A stretch of 22,056 nucleotides of DNA, from positions 1 through 22,056 of the forward strand of contig NW_021823565.1 in the NCBI RefSeq assembly GCF_006345805.1, written 5' to 3'. The first letter of the stretch is position 1, and the number at the start of each line of letters is the position of its first letter. The stretch is from Octopus sinensis (taxonomy: Eukaryota). Below are positions 9,867 to 19,735 of the stretch, piece after piece. Below the pieces are notes generated by a model, which was not told the DNA's origin, made no database searches, and saw only the letters and a program-made list of their open reading frames with translations. The translations under genes were made by a program, and so were the position numbers.

Positions 9867-12541
9867 CTATTTAAATCTAGAGAAAGTGTACGGTAGTTTA
9901 TGAATGCAAGAAAAAATTCCGTTCATTAATATTATTAATAATAGGCATACCAGCTTTGATGATGAAAAAAATTTCATTAATACATAGAGAGCATTTTTTA
10001 TTTTTACTATTATATACAGGTGCAGAAGTCAGTATTTTCCAATTTAATTTAAAATCTATGTTCTTACTTTTGAGTTCCCAAATATACGCATTTAACCCCG
10101 TAGAGTACATCCTATTTTTATTTCTAAAAGTATATCTATGATAATTAAGTCTTTGTTTCATGCTATTCATAGTTGCTCCGATGTATACCCTACTGCTATA
10201 TTGTGTATCCACAGTGCATTGATAAACAACTCTTTCTTGAGGCATTGATTACCAAACACACATTGATTCCTGTTTCTGCAATTACAGTTATCAACAGGTT
10301 GGGGTAATCTAACATTGGCCAAAATTTCTGTAACTATATTCCCATTAATAGTGTTACAATTATTTTTACTATCCAATCCAAAATTCAGCGAGTGATTGCA
10401 TTTATTATTATTGGCGATATTCCTATCAATAGTAATAGTATTGGTGGTAGTGGTATCATCTAATACATTAATATTTTTCCTTACAGGTACGGTACTATCA
10501 TAATTTGCAAGAGGGTTGTTCACGTTAGCTCCAAAAGATATATTGTCCCTACGATTATAGAGAGGCAAATTACTATTATCTAAATTCAACTTTCTATCAT
10601 TATAGAAGTAATCCAGTTTCCTGTTATTAAATGAGATGATGGTGGCTAAATTATGTGTAATGCTATATTCTATTCTAACAGTTCCATTGTTAATTAATTG
10701 ACCAAATTTATTCCTACCCTTAACAAAGTGCCTAAATATTACATTGTGCAAAGCTCTAACTATATCTGTTTTTATCAGCAATGCATATGGGGTTATCAGC
10801 CATAGTGTATCCTTATCAGTATTAGGGTTGCCTATCACATTGTTATTTTTAGTAAAAACCTTGTTCCTCCTCCATCCCATATGTTTACTATCCTTAACAT
10901 TGTCATTGTTATGCCTATCATTATCAATATTACCATAATTATTATTGCGTAAATAAACTTTACTATTATCATACCTACCATTAGTTTTGATATGCATATT
11001 ATTAATATTACTACCATCACTTATGTGCGCTAATTTATTTAAACTAACGTCAACAGCTCCGAAATTACCAACACCTCTATAATTATCATATGCGTTTTTA
11101 TATATCCTATTTTTCCTTATCCTACAGTTATTATTGTTTGTCCTAAATTTATTGGTGTTGTTCGTAATAGTTCCACCTGTATTTGAAGGATTATTTTTGG
11201 GTATATACCATATTTTACTTTTGTAGCCTGCTTTCAGCAATGCTGTATTATATCTATCACAATGCTTATTAAATATGTCTCCGTTTGAGGATAGATAAGA
11301 GATTCTCTGACTAATGCTACGCACTAGTGACCTTTTAATTTGAGGGGGGTGATTGCTAGAACGGTTTATATATACTAAGTTAGAATTGGGTTTAATATAA
11401 GGTTCATGTATCCCATTAGTAAGGTTGCAATTGACATCCAAATAATTGGCAGAATAATATACATTTTCAATAATTATGGATAGGCCAAAACTTTTTAAAA
11501 TTTATGTAGTCTTTTTTTCAGTAGATCCAGTCTCCTATTTGATGTATTATTTACCAAAAATAAAGCGTCATCCCTATATAATCTTCTTTTTAATTCAGGG
11601 AATTCCCTACTAAGGTTATCGAGTAAATACATCCCAACCAAATCAGTCACTTCCGCTGAATCCGGCGATCCCATGGTGATGTCGAATAAATTGGGTGTGT
11701 CTTTTCTAGCCCAAAGTTTGTTATCAAACTCTATTAATGTTTTTCTAGCTGTTAAGATAACTCTAATCTTCCCCATACTTAAGTTGGTGTATCTCCTAGC
11801 AAAAATTAAAGCCTTATTTAATATAATAGGGTTTATGGAGGAGTAGTAATTTTGTATATCCAATTGGATGAATTTACTTCTATTATTATCACTAACCTTA
11901 ATGGCAGAAAACCAATCTAGTGCACCTTGAGTATTTTTCCAAAGGTTAAATTTAATTTTGTTACGTATAGTTGGTAAATATTTGTCAAGAATAAGTTTAC
12001 TGAGTTTACCTAAGTCAGATTTGGTAGGGCAAATCAATCTGACCTGCGTGTTACCAAGAAAGTTTTCCTTATGGTCCTTGAGTGTGATTCTCGGTCTAGT
12101 GGGGGTATAAGGTTCAGTTTTTTCTTCCAGGTAATAATCCAACATTATTTCTCTAACCTCAAGGTTTAGTTTCCTAAGTGTGTTAAAAGGTACAATTTTA
12201 AATTTTTTAGTAATTTCTTTGTGTAGTAATTCATGGTATGTAAGGATGTCAATATTGTAAATGTTACTGGTTTTATCAGAATGGGTTAGAATGCCGTTCT
12301 TACCCTTAAGAGTTCTTATTAGTTCTTTTAACTTTCTTTGGTACGGGTTATACCTCAATGGGTGATTTTTAAATTTGATGTTTTTGATAGTCTCTCGTAA
12401 TTCCTGTTCAAAGTTATCGAGATGTTTATTTGGTGGAGGAGATTTCCTAGATTTAAAAGTGGTGCCGGTTAGTTTGATTATTTCCTTATAGGTACTTCCT
12501 GTTCCATTAGGGTTAGTTTCTCCAGTACGTTGTTGGTTCAT
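9867..12541 (-). pseudogene. Single PLE ORF (about 890 aa when repaired), broken by about 3 frameshifts
   Basis: ORFs 11495-12541, 10167-11441 and 9898-10245 join through shifts near 11495 (..LHKF/KSFGLSIII..NYLDVNCNL) and near 10235. A third shift near 9915 restores ..FSCIHKLPYTFSRFK* with a stop at 9867-9869. Confidence 0.85.
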
Positions 12542-12842
12542 TTTGTTATTCTGTTTTCATGGTGGAAAATCCTCCATCTTATCCTGTGGATGAACTATAG
12601 TGTAATGGTCTTTAGTAGGAATGGGTACATCTTTCATTGATGAATTAATTAGTATTTTCTCCATTTTACTAGCAGTAAAGATCCTGGAGGAACAAATGTA
12701 CTATACTAGGGTGCATTTACATACACTATTAATACTTAGATTAATGAGTGGATGTTTCGATTACACAAGTATGAACAATTCCGATTCCTCAAAAGATTAA
12801 CTTTAGTTATAAAATGAGATAGGGGTTCTAAATTCAACCCTC
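9867..12842 (-). mobile_element. Penelope-like retroelement (RT + C-terminal GIY-YIG endonuclease), near full length, probably Hydra clade
   Basis: RT: SDKTSN, PRITLKDHKENF, QLDIQNYYSSI, TMGSPDSAEVTDLVG, LYRDDAL. Thumb: EPYIKPNSNLVYINRSSNHPP. Linker: CNCRNRNQC. EN: VVYQ..YIGAT..KQRLNYH..CSLCINE. The 5' boundary is set by the (TA)n at 12843; the 3' boundary is uncertain. Confidence 0.9.
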
Positions 12843-12912
12843 CATATATATATATATATATTGTTGTATTTAGGAATGGTCATTTTGCCAGTTTAGCCAA
12901 TATTTGTATGTG

Positions 12913-12944
<32 letters not shown>

Positions 12945-13065
12945 TAGAGAGAGAGAGAGATAGAGAGAGGGAGATACATATGTATATATATATTGTATGC
13001 ATATATATACACATATATATACATGTATATATACATATATATATACACATGTATATATATATTTT
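12843..13065. repeat. Compound microsatellite (TA)n/(TG)n/(GA)n with a short spacer
   Basis: Direct reading. Confidence 0.9.
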
Positions 13066-13072
13066 TTTCTCT

Positions 13073-15885
13073 CTAGCTTCAGCTTAGAGCTGCGGCCATG
13101 CTGAAGCACCGCCGTTTTGTGTTACACTGTTATTGCGAAGAACCTCGTCTAATATGTGGCACTTGGTGAAGAATGGAGTTTGATATAGCTACTCTCATTT
13201 GCACCTCTTGCCGTGAGGTAGGTTCATCTGGGACTCTCGACAGGAAGATGTCCAGCTTTGATTTAAAAACCGCTACATCTACTTGGTGCAAGTTAATCAG
13301 ACTCTTTAGGGGAATGTTAAAAAGCTGTGGGCCCTTGAAACCCAGGCTGTTGCAGAAGCTGGTCCTGAAACCTGATGGCATTGCTGGGATCTTTGGCACT
13401 ATGCAGTGTCGTCCCGTTCTAGCATTGGTGTAGCTTACAATGCCAAAATTTGGCACAATTCCTTCCAGGATCTTCCAGACATATATTACTGCATACATCT
13501 CCCGTCTTCTCTCCAGGGAGTAGAGTCTTAGCTGTTTGAACCTTTCCCAGTAGCTGAGCTGTTGCAAAGAGACGATCTTCTTTGTGAATCTTCTCTGGAT
13601 TGCTTCAAGGTCTGCTGTTAATTTTACACTGGTGGGTGACGATAGCTGTGAGCAGTAATCCAGGCGGCTGAGGACGAATGTCCGCCAGAGGACCATCATG
13701 GGTTCCTTATCTCTGGTTCTGAATGTTCTTAGGATCCACCCAACCAGTCGTCTGCACTTTGTTGCCATCCTGGTAATGTGCACTTGGAAAGAGGTATCAT
13801 CACTCATTTCGATACCCAGGTCCCTCACAGACTTAGGCTCTGGGATTGAAATTCCCTGTGTACCGGTGTATCCTGTAAGTTTAATATTCAGTTTTGGATG
13901 CTGGTAGCGTAGGGCCTGGAATTTTTCAGCATTAAACTGCATATTATTATCCTCAGCCCATCTGTAGATTGAGTCCAACTCCTGCTGCAGGAGTGCAACA
14001 TCACTGCGGTTCTGTATTTTCTGCGAGACTTTCGTATCGTCTGCATAGCTGGCCAGAGTGGTTATCCGGGCATTTGAGGGCATATCTGAGAGGGCCACTA
14101 TAAAAAGCAGTGGTCCCAAGACAGTGCCCTGTGGAACACCGCTCACTATTTGTGTGTTCATAGAGGTGGCTCCATTAACCACTACTCCCCGACTCCTATC
14201 TTTCAGGAAGTCATGTAACCACACTCCAAGTTTTCCAGCTATGCCGAGGTCACGCAGTTTGTGGCATATCATACCATGATCCACCTCGTCAAAAGCTTTT
14301 GCAAAATCAAGGTAGATTACGTCCACATTTGATTTGTTGAGTAACTGCCTCAACACCCAGTCATAATGTTGTAAGAGCTGGGTCAGGCAGCTCCTACCTG
14401 GTCAAAAACCATGCTGGGTATCACTCAGCAAGTTATTTTCCTCAAGGAATGCGATTAGTTTCTTTCTGACTATCCATTCCATGACTTTGCTGATGTGTGA
14501 AGTCAGAGAGATAGGCCTATAGTTTTTGGCATCTGCTCTACTTCCCCCTTTATGTATTGGGCATATTATTCCCTCCTTCAGCTTGCTTGGCAGTTTGCCA
14601 TTCGCAAGAAAGCTCTGGAAAAGAATCTTGAGGGGTTTTGCCAGGGCATGCTTACACGCTTTGAGGAGGATGGCTGGGAAACCATCTGAACCAGCAGCTG
14701 AGTTTGTATCCACTTCATCTATGGCTAGTAGGACATCTTTTTCGCTAATGTCAATACATTCTATTGTAACCGCCTCGCTGGTTATAGGTGAGGCGGCAAA
14801 GAATTCTGCTGGTTCGTTCATTTGTCTGTGTTTCAACGGGGTGGTAAAGACACTTTTGAACTGGTCATTCAGCATCTCACTGATCTTAGTTGGACTGTCT
14901 GTGAGGGAGCCATCCTTTTGGAGGAGAGGTCCTATCTTGTTGTGCACTGAGACTGTTTCTTTCGCCTTTGGGTTTGATTTAATATTTTTTATAACCCAGG
15001 CTTCTTTATCTTCTTTCTCCTTCACATAGGATTGTTGCAGCCTTTTTTCGATCTCCATCAGTGTTGTTTTTAGGCGGGACGTTTCGCTACTTTTGGGATG
15101 TTGGTTGAGACGATTCGCAACCTTCGTACGTCGTCTCATGAGGATCTTCCTGTCTCTTGGAATCTTGCTCCTATTTGTTTTGGTCTTGTGCTCTGGGACA
15201 TATTTCTGGCATACGGCTTGCACAGAAGACATGAAACATTATAGTTTCATGTCAATGTCTGGTGTGGAGAGACATTCCGGCCAGTCCTCTCTGAGGATCT
15301 CTTTTTGGATCGATTTCCAATCTGCTTTGTGGAAATTCAGATTGGAGAGATTTCGGGTGCTTCCTTTAGGCTGTATGTCTTTGGCCCTAACATAGACAGC
15401 TCTATTATGTTGTGATCCGAAACTGATGTCGGTGTCACTTTCACATCATGAATGATGTCCATATTTTTCGTGAAGCAGAGATCCAGAATGTTATTCGCCC
15501 TAGTTGGCTTGAGTACAACTTGCTCCATGAATAAGGCAGTGATGAGGTTGAGCAGGGACTCCACCTGTACTTGCTTGCAATGATTCATTCCTGAGAGTAT
15601 GTGACCTTCGGGTCATTTGACGTTGGGGAAGTTGAAACCACCCAAGAGAAATATGGTTATGCGGTGTTCCAGATTCATGAGGATTTCTTTAATTCTTGTG
15701 AGGCAATCTTCAAACTTGCCTGTGTGATTTGGGGCATCCGATGGGCAATATGTATTGCATATGACTATATTATGTTGTCTTATGTATACAATTAAAGTGT
15801 CACATACCGAAATTTGAGTATGTCATTAAGACCTGGGGTGTGAGGTCATCTCGGATGTATACAGCAACTCCACCATGGCTCCTTT
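13073..15885 (-). mobile_element. CR1-group LINE copy 4, 5'-truncated within the APE domain
   Basis: ORF 13130-14356 contains YLDFAKAFDEVDH, GVPQGTVLGPLLF and YADDTK. ORF 14402-15232 covers the linker and NYRPISLTS. APE remnants (NILDLCFT, SDHNII, SHGGVAVY) extend to 15885. The terminus is GGCGGTGCTTCAGCATGGCCGCAGCTCTAAGCTGAAGC. Confidence 0.94.
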
Positions 15886-15945
15886 ATATATATATACATT
15901 CATGACATTTTAGGTATATATGTATGTATATATTTGTGTGTGTGT
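15886..15945. repeat. (TA)n/(TG)n low-complexity tract
   Basis: Direct reading. Confidence 0.8.
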
Positions 15946-16110
15946 CCTTGTTCGTGTTCCCCCCCCCCCACCGTCGCTCGACAACCGGCATCGGCGTGCT
16001 TAGACACCCCGTAACCTGGTACTTCGGCAAAAGAAACCGATAGAATAATTACTCGACTAAAAGAAATGTTCTGGAGTCGAATTATTCGACCCCTGAAACA
16101 AGTAATAGAA
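15946..16110 (+). mobile_element. Headless SINE fragment (type B) sharing a core with the SINE at 19776
   Basis: CCGATAGAATAATTAC resembles GTCGATAAATTAAGTAC. The GTCGA-N5-TCGAC hairpin (16076-16090) matches 19926-19940. It ends in CTGAAACAAGTA. Confidence 0.65.
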
Positions 16111-16116
16111 AAAATT

Positions 16117-16179
<63 letters not shown>

Positions 16180-16180
16180 T

Positions 16181-16247
<67 letters not shown>

Positions 16248-16270
16248 GACAGATAGACATACATACATAC

Positions 16271-16323
<53 letters not shown>

Positions 16324-16375
16324 TGTAGATAGGTAGATAGGTAGATAGGTAGATAGGTAGATAGATAGATAGATA
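16117..16375. repeat. (TAGA)n tetranucleotide array with TAGG/CATA variants
   Basis: Direct reading. Confidence 0.97.
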
Positions 16376-16530
16376 TGTTTCTTTATTAGCCACACAGGGC
16401 TGCACACAGATAGAACAAATTACAAGGTAGAGCTTTTCTTTTGAAGGTATTAAAAAAAAAAAAGGGAAGGGGGAGGTTCGATCAAAAGGGATCGTAAAAG
16501 GAGAGAAAGAGGACAAAAATAAGGGGGGTT

Positions 16531-16561
<31 letters not shown>

Positions 16562-18241
16562 GAGAGGAAAAAAAATGATCAATAGGGATCGTTATCACAG
16601 AAATGTCAATATGAAGTGTAAAGGGGAGGACAGGTGAGGTTTACCTTGGAAAGAAAAGCCTGCGGAAAAGACCACGGTAACCTCGGTCAATGAAGTCACA
16701 TTTTATATTTCTTTTTTTTTTTTTTTTTTTTTTTTGCAAATAAGCAACTCTCTGTTTTTCGATTTCTGGGTTCATAGGACTATGCTCAAGGTGGCTTCGT
16801 CATTCATACGTGCCATTCTTGCTACATTCACCCATCTTTTTTTAAAACATTCGCTAGACAAAACTTGCTCTCTACTCTCACTTTCCTTTTCAAGTGGTAC
16901 TTGAAGAAGTTGATGAGAGATTGACCAGAGAGGAAAGTGTTTGTCTCCAATCCTTTCAGACGCGTCCACCAGATACATTCTTTCGCATAGCCACAAGGAT
17001 GATGAAAATAGCTCTTCCTTCCCGTTTGAAGGAAGGAGGCGTGACAATATTGACGATAGACTCAGCTGATAAACCGACTCGTCCCCACACGTGACAGCAG
17101 TTGTTCGACATAAGCCCACAGGTCGGAATTGTTGGACACTGAACGAGTGCGTGCAGAACGGTTTCGTCGCTCTGACCGCATCTCGGGCAGGTCGGCCCCG
17201 TGTTTCTCGAGCCGTGTCTGTAGAGCTTATCCCGAACGGGTAGCGCTTCTCGGTAGCACTGCCAGCCAGGGATCTCTGGAAGTTGTCCATGGGCCCTGGC
17301 CCGAAAGTCGTCCCGAACAGGCGGGTCAGGTACTCCTCGTCGACGTCCAGGTTCGCCCGAGCTCGTCGTCGTACCTCCCCTCCACTAAACCCCTATAGAA
17401 TGCTTTGGTTGTGTTGAAGTCACTTAAGGTCGACCCAGGACGGCAGAGTTGCTTGAGAGCAACGCGACACTCGCGTGCCATTCGCCCTTCCTCGGCCTCT
17501 TTTTGATCCACGACTGCAGTTCGGTCATGGAGACGAGCTGCGGGAAAGCGTGCCTCACAAACGGCGACCACACCTGTTCACCGTCGTCTACATAGAGCCA
17601 GAGATATCGCAGTCTCAGCGCGTGTCTGCGCATCATCAACCACGGCATGCCCCGCCCTCCTTTTAACGGGTGTTGACAGCAAATGGATCGCCTGACCATC
17701 GGGACGCATCCTTTCCACAAGAGAGCGAAAGAGGATGCGTTGTAGTTTGGTGATGGTAGGGTCGGGACAAGGTACGACGGTCAGGCGGTAGTAGATGACG
17801 GACGCGATGTACGTGTTCGCCACCTCCGCTCGACCTTTTAGGGACAGTTTCCTCTCGCCGGCCCATTGCCGGCGAGAGTGACACCCTACTCGTTATCTCG
17901 TTCCAGTTCTTCTCCACTTGGAGGTCCGGACCAAACCAGACCCCGAGCAACTCAACCGGGCCGTCGGTCCAGCGTCCCACGACGGAGGCGCTGGTGGACG
18001 GCATGGGCTTGCTTCTCCAGGTGCCTAGTCGCAAGCCCACTGACTTTTCCCGGTTGATTTTCGCTCCTGTCACCGCTTCGTAGTTTTTCAGTGTCTCGCC
18101 GACCAGCTCGATGTGCTCGTGGCTAGACACTATGACGGTGACGTCGTCCGCGTATGCAGACACGCTCGTCCCGCATCCCAATTCTCGCGGGATGCCCCTT
18201 AGAGTCGCCAGCTTCCGCAGTAGTGGCTCAAGAGTCAATAC
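16376..18241 (-). mobile_element. Tx1/L1-clade LINE, 5'-truncated within RT and frameshifted, with a ~400-nt 3' UTR
   Basis: LEPLLRKL..SAYADDVTVIV..GAKINREKSVGL, and a C-terminal CPRCGQSDETVLHALVQC knuckle (C-x2-C-x8-H-x4-C, 17136-17189). The stop is at 16772, followed by a pyrimidine-rich UTR ending CTAATAAAGAAA. Confidence 0.88.
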
Positions 18242-18287
<46 letters not shown>

Positions 18288-18420
18288 ATAAATAGATAGA
18301 GAGGCAGAGAGACAGACGCATACATACATACATACATACATACATACATACATACATACATACATACATACATACATACACATATTTACATACACATATG
18401 TATGTTATGTATATACGCAT
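18242..18420. repeat. Compound (TAGA)n-(GA)n-(CATA)n microsatellite
   Basis: Direct reading. Confidence 0.95.
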
Positions 18421-18719
18421 TTATTTATACGTACGTCTGGGTATCGTATATGAGACAGATAGAGAAAAAGAGGAGACCGGCCGTTGGAAAAGACAAGAAA
18501 ACGCCCTCCCACTACATATGAGACGAAAGACATCGAACAAAACAAACTTGTGTCCAGGATAATAGAAACAACATACCCATTGTTCTCTTTTCAAACATAC
18601 AATGTTCATAATTTAATTTTACTATCTGTCTATCATTCATTTCAACATATCGTTTAAGTCAATACCATTATCGATTCCAAATATAGCTTCCTGAATTGTA
18701 TAGCAAAAAAAAAAGCACG

Positions 18720-18864
18720 CAGATGAGATGATGATGCTGCTGCTGCTGATGATGGTGGTGGTGGTGGTGGTGATGATGATGGTGATATTGATGATGAGGA
18801 TGATGATGATGATGGACGGTGACATAATTCACGTTTACTCGCTTAAATCTATGGAAAACATGAA

Positions 18865-18932
<68 letters not shown>

Positions 18933-18975
18933 TAATGATAATAATAATGATGATGATAATGATGATGATGATGAC
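18720..18975. repeat. Compound trinucleotide tracts (GAT/GCT/GGT)n and (AAT)n with a short unique spacer
   Basis: Direct reading. Confidence 0.9.
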
Positions 18976-18978
18976 GAT

Positions 18979-19516
18979 AGTCTATATCTTCATTATCTCT
19001 TATGCCGTAAATATCAATATGAAGTTAAGAGAGAACTGGTATCAGAATGTACAAAGTAAAGTTATGCAGGAGGATGGAAAAGTAACGATGCTCTGGGACT
19101 ATGATTTTTAGACGGATCATGTAATCGAACACTGTTGGCCGGTTATTGTCATATTGAGTAAGAGAGATAGATACTGTCAGATCATTGATGTAGTCATACC
19201 AAATGACATGAATGTTGTGAGTGAAGAGGTTGAAAAAATCACCAAGTACTCTGAACTGAAAGTAGAAATGGCAAGACTGTATGGAATGCGAGAGGGTAAT
19301 GTAAAAGTGATACCAGTGGTGATTAGAGCGTTGGGCTCAATCCCATTGAAACTTCAAGACTACTTAAGGCAACTGGAAATCCCATGCAAGATTGATTTCT
19401 TGCAAAAAGCAGATTTATTAGTCACAGCGCACATCTTAAGGAAACTATGATTTGTCTGAGGTCCTTGTTGTGACTAAAGACTCTGGTGCATTTTTACCTA
19501 CACAGTGCTACGAAGG
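18979..19516 (+). mobile_element. R4/Dong-like non-LTR retrotransposon 3' fragment (restriction-like endonuclease + 3' UTR)
   Basis: LHYLLCRKY..WYQN..TMLWDYDF*TDHVIEHCWPVIVIL..IIDVVIPND..EKITKYSEL..VIPVVIRALG..LQKADLLVTAHILRK resembles the RLE C-terminus of R4-clade elements, with PD decayed to PV. An (AAT)n tail follows. Confidence 0.82.
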
Positions 19517-19526
19517 AATAATAATG

Positions 19527-19571
<45 letters not shown>

Positions 19572-19590
19572 TAATAATAATAATAATAAT
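19517..19590. repeat. (AAT)n microsatellite
   Basis: Direct reading. Confidence 0.97.
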
Positions 19591-19712
19591 AGCTTCAGAT
19601 TTTGCCACAAGGCCAGCAAATTCAGGGGTAAGAAGAGCTAAATATGTCGATCCGAGTACTCAACTATACTTATTTTATCGACTCAGAGAGGATTAAACAC
19701 AAAATCGACCTC
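19591..19712 (-). mobile_element. Headless SINE fragment (type C): shared core plus a different tail ending in (ATT)n
   Basis: The reverse complement GAGGTCGATTTTGTGTTTAATCCTCTCTGAGTCGATAAAATAAGTA aligns to 19864-19909. It then continues with the unrelated tail CCCCTGAATTTGCTGGCCTTGTGGCAAAATCTGAAGCT-(ATT)n. Confidence 0.82.
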
Positions 19713-19735
19713 AATAATAAAAATTATAAAAACTA

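Noticed and set aside
12508-12520. TTAGGGTTAG telomere-like motif in the PLE (also a TTAGGG near 10822)
   Set aside because: Fewer than two full units, inside coding sequence; expected by chance.
12750-12800. Hammerhead-ribozyme-like motif in the PLE 5' region (sense TTGAGGA...CGAAAC)
   Set aside because: The core deviates from CUGANGA, stem II lacks the closing pair, and I could not form stems I or III.
13173-15395. Plus-strand ORFs opposite CR1 copy 4 (and similar antisense ORFs over the other LINEs)
   Set aside because: These are antisense shadows of the retroelement ORFs, with no independent motifs.
180-15885. CR1 copies 1, 2 and 4 as a local segmental duplication
   Set aside because: They are substantially diverged at the nucleotide level while keeping protein motifs, have different truncation points and tails, and share no flanks. 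Independent insertions of different subfamilies fit better.
19481-19492. TCTGGTGCAT shared between the R4 3' UTR and repeat R copy 1 (~20339-20348)
   Set aside because: A 10-nt match not conserved in repeat R copy 2, so it is not evidence of a shared tail.
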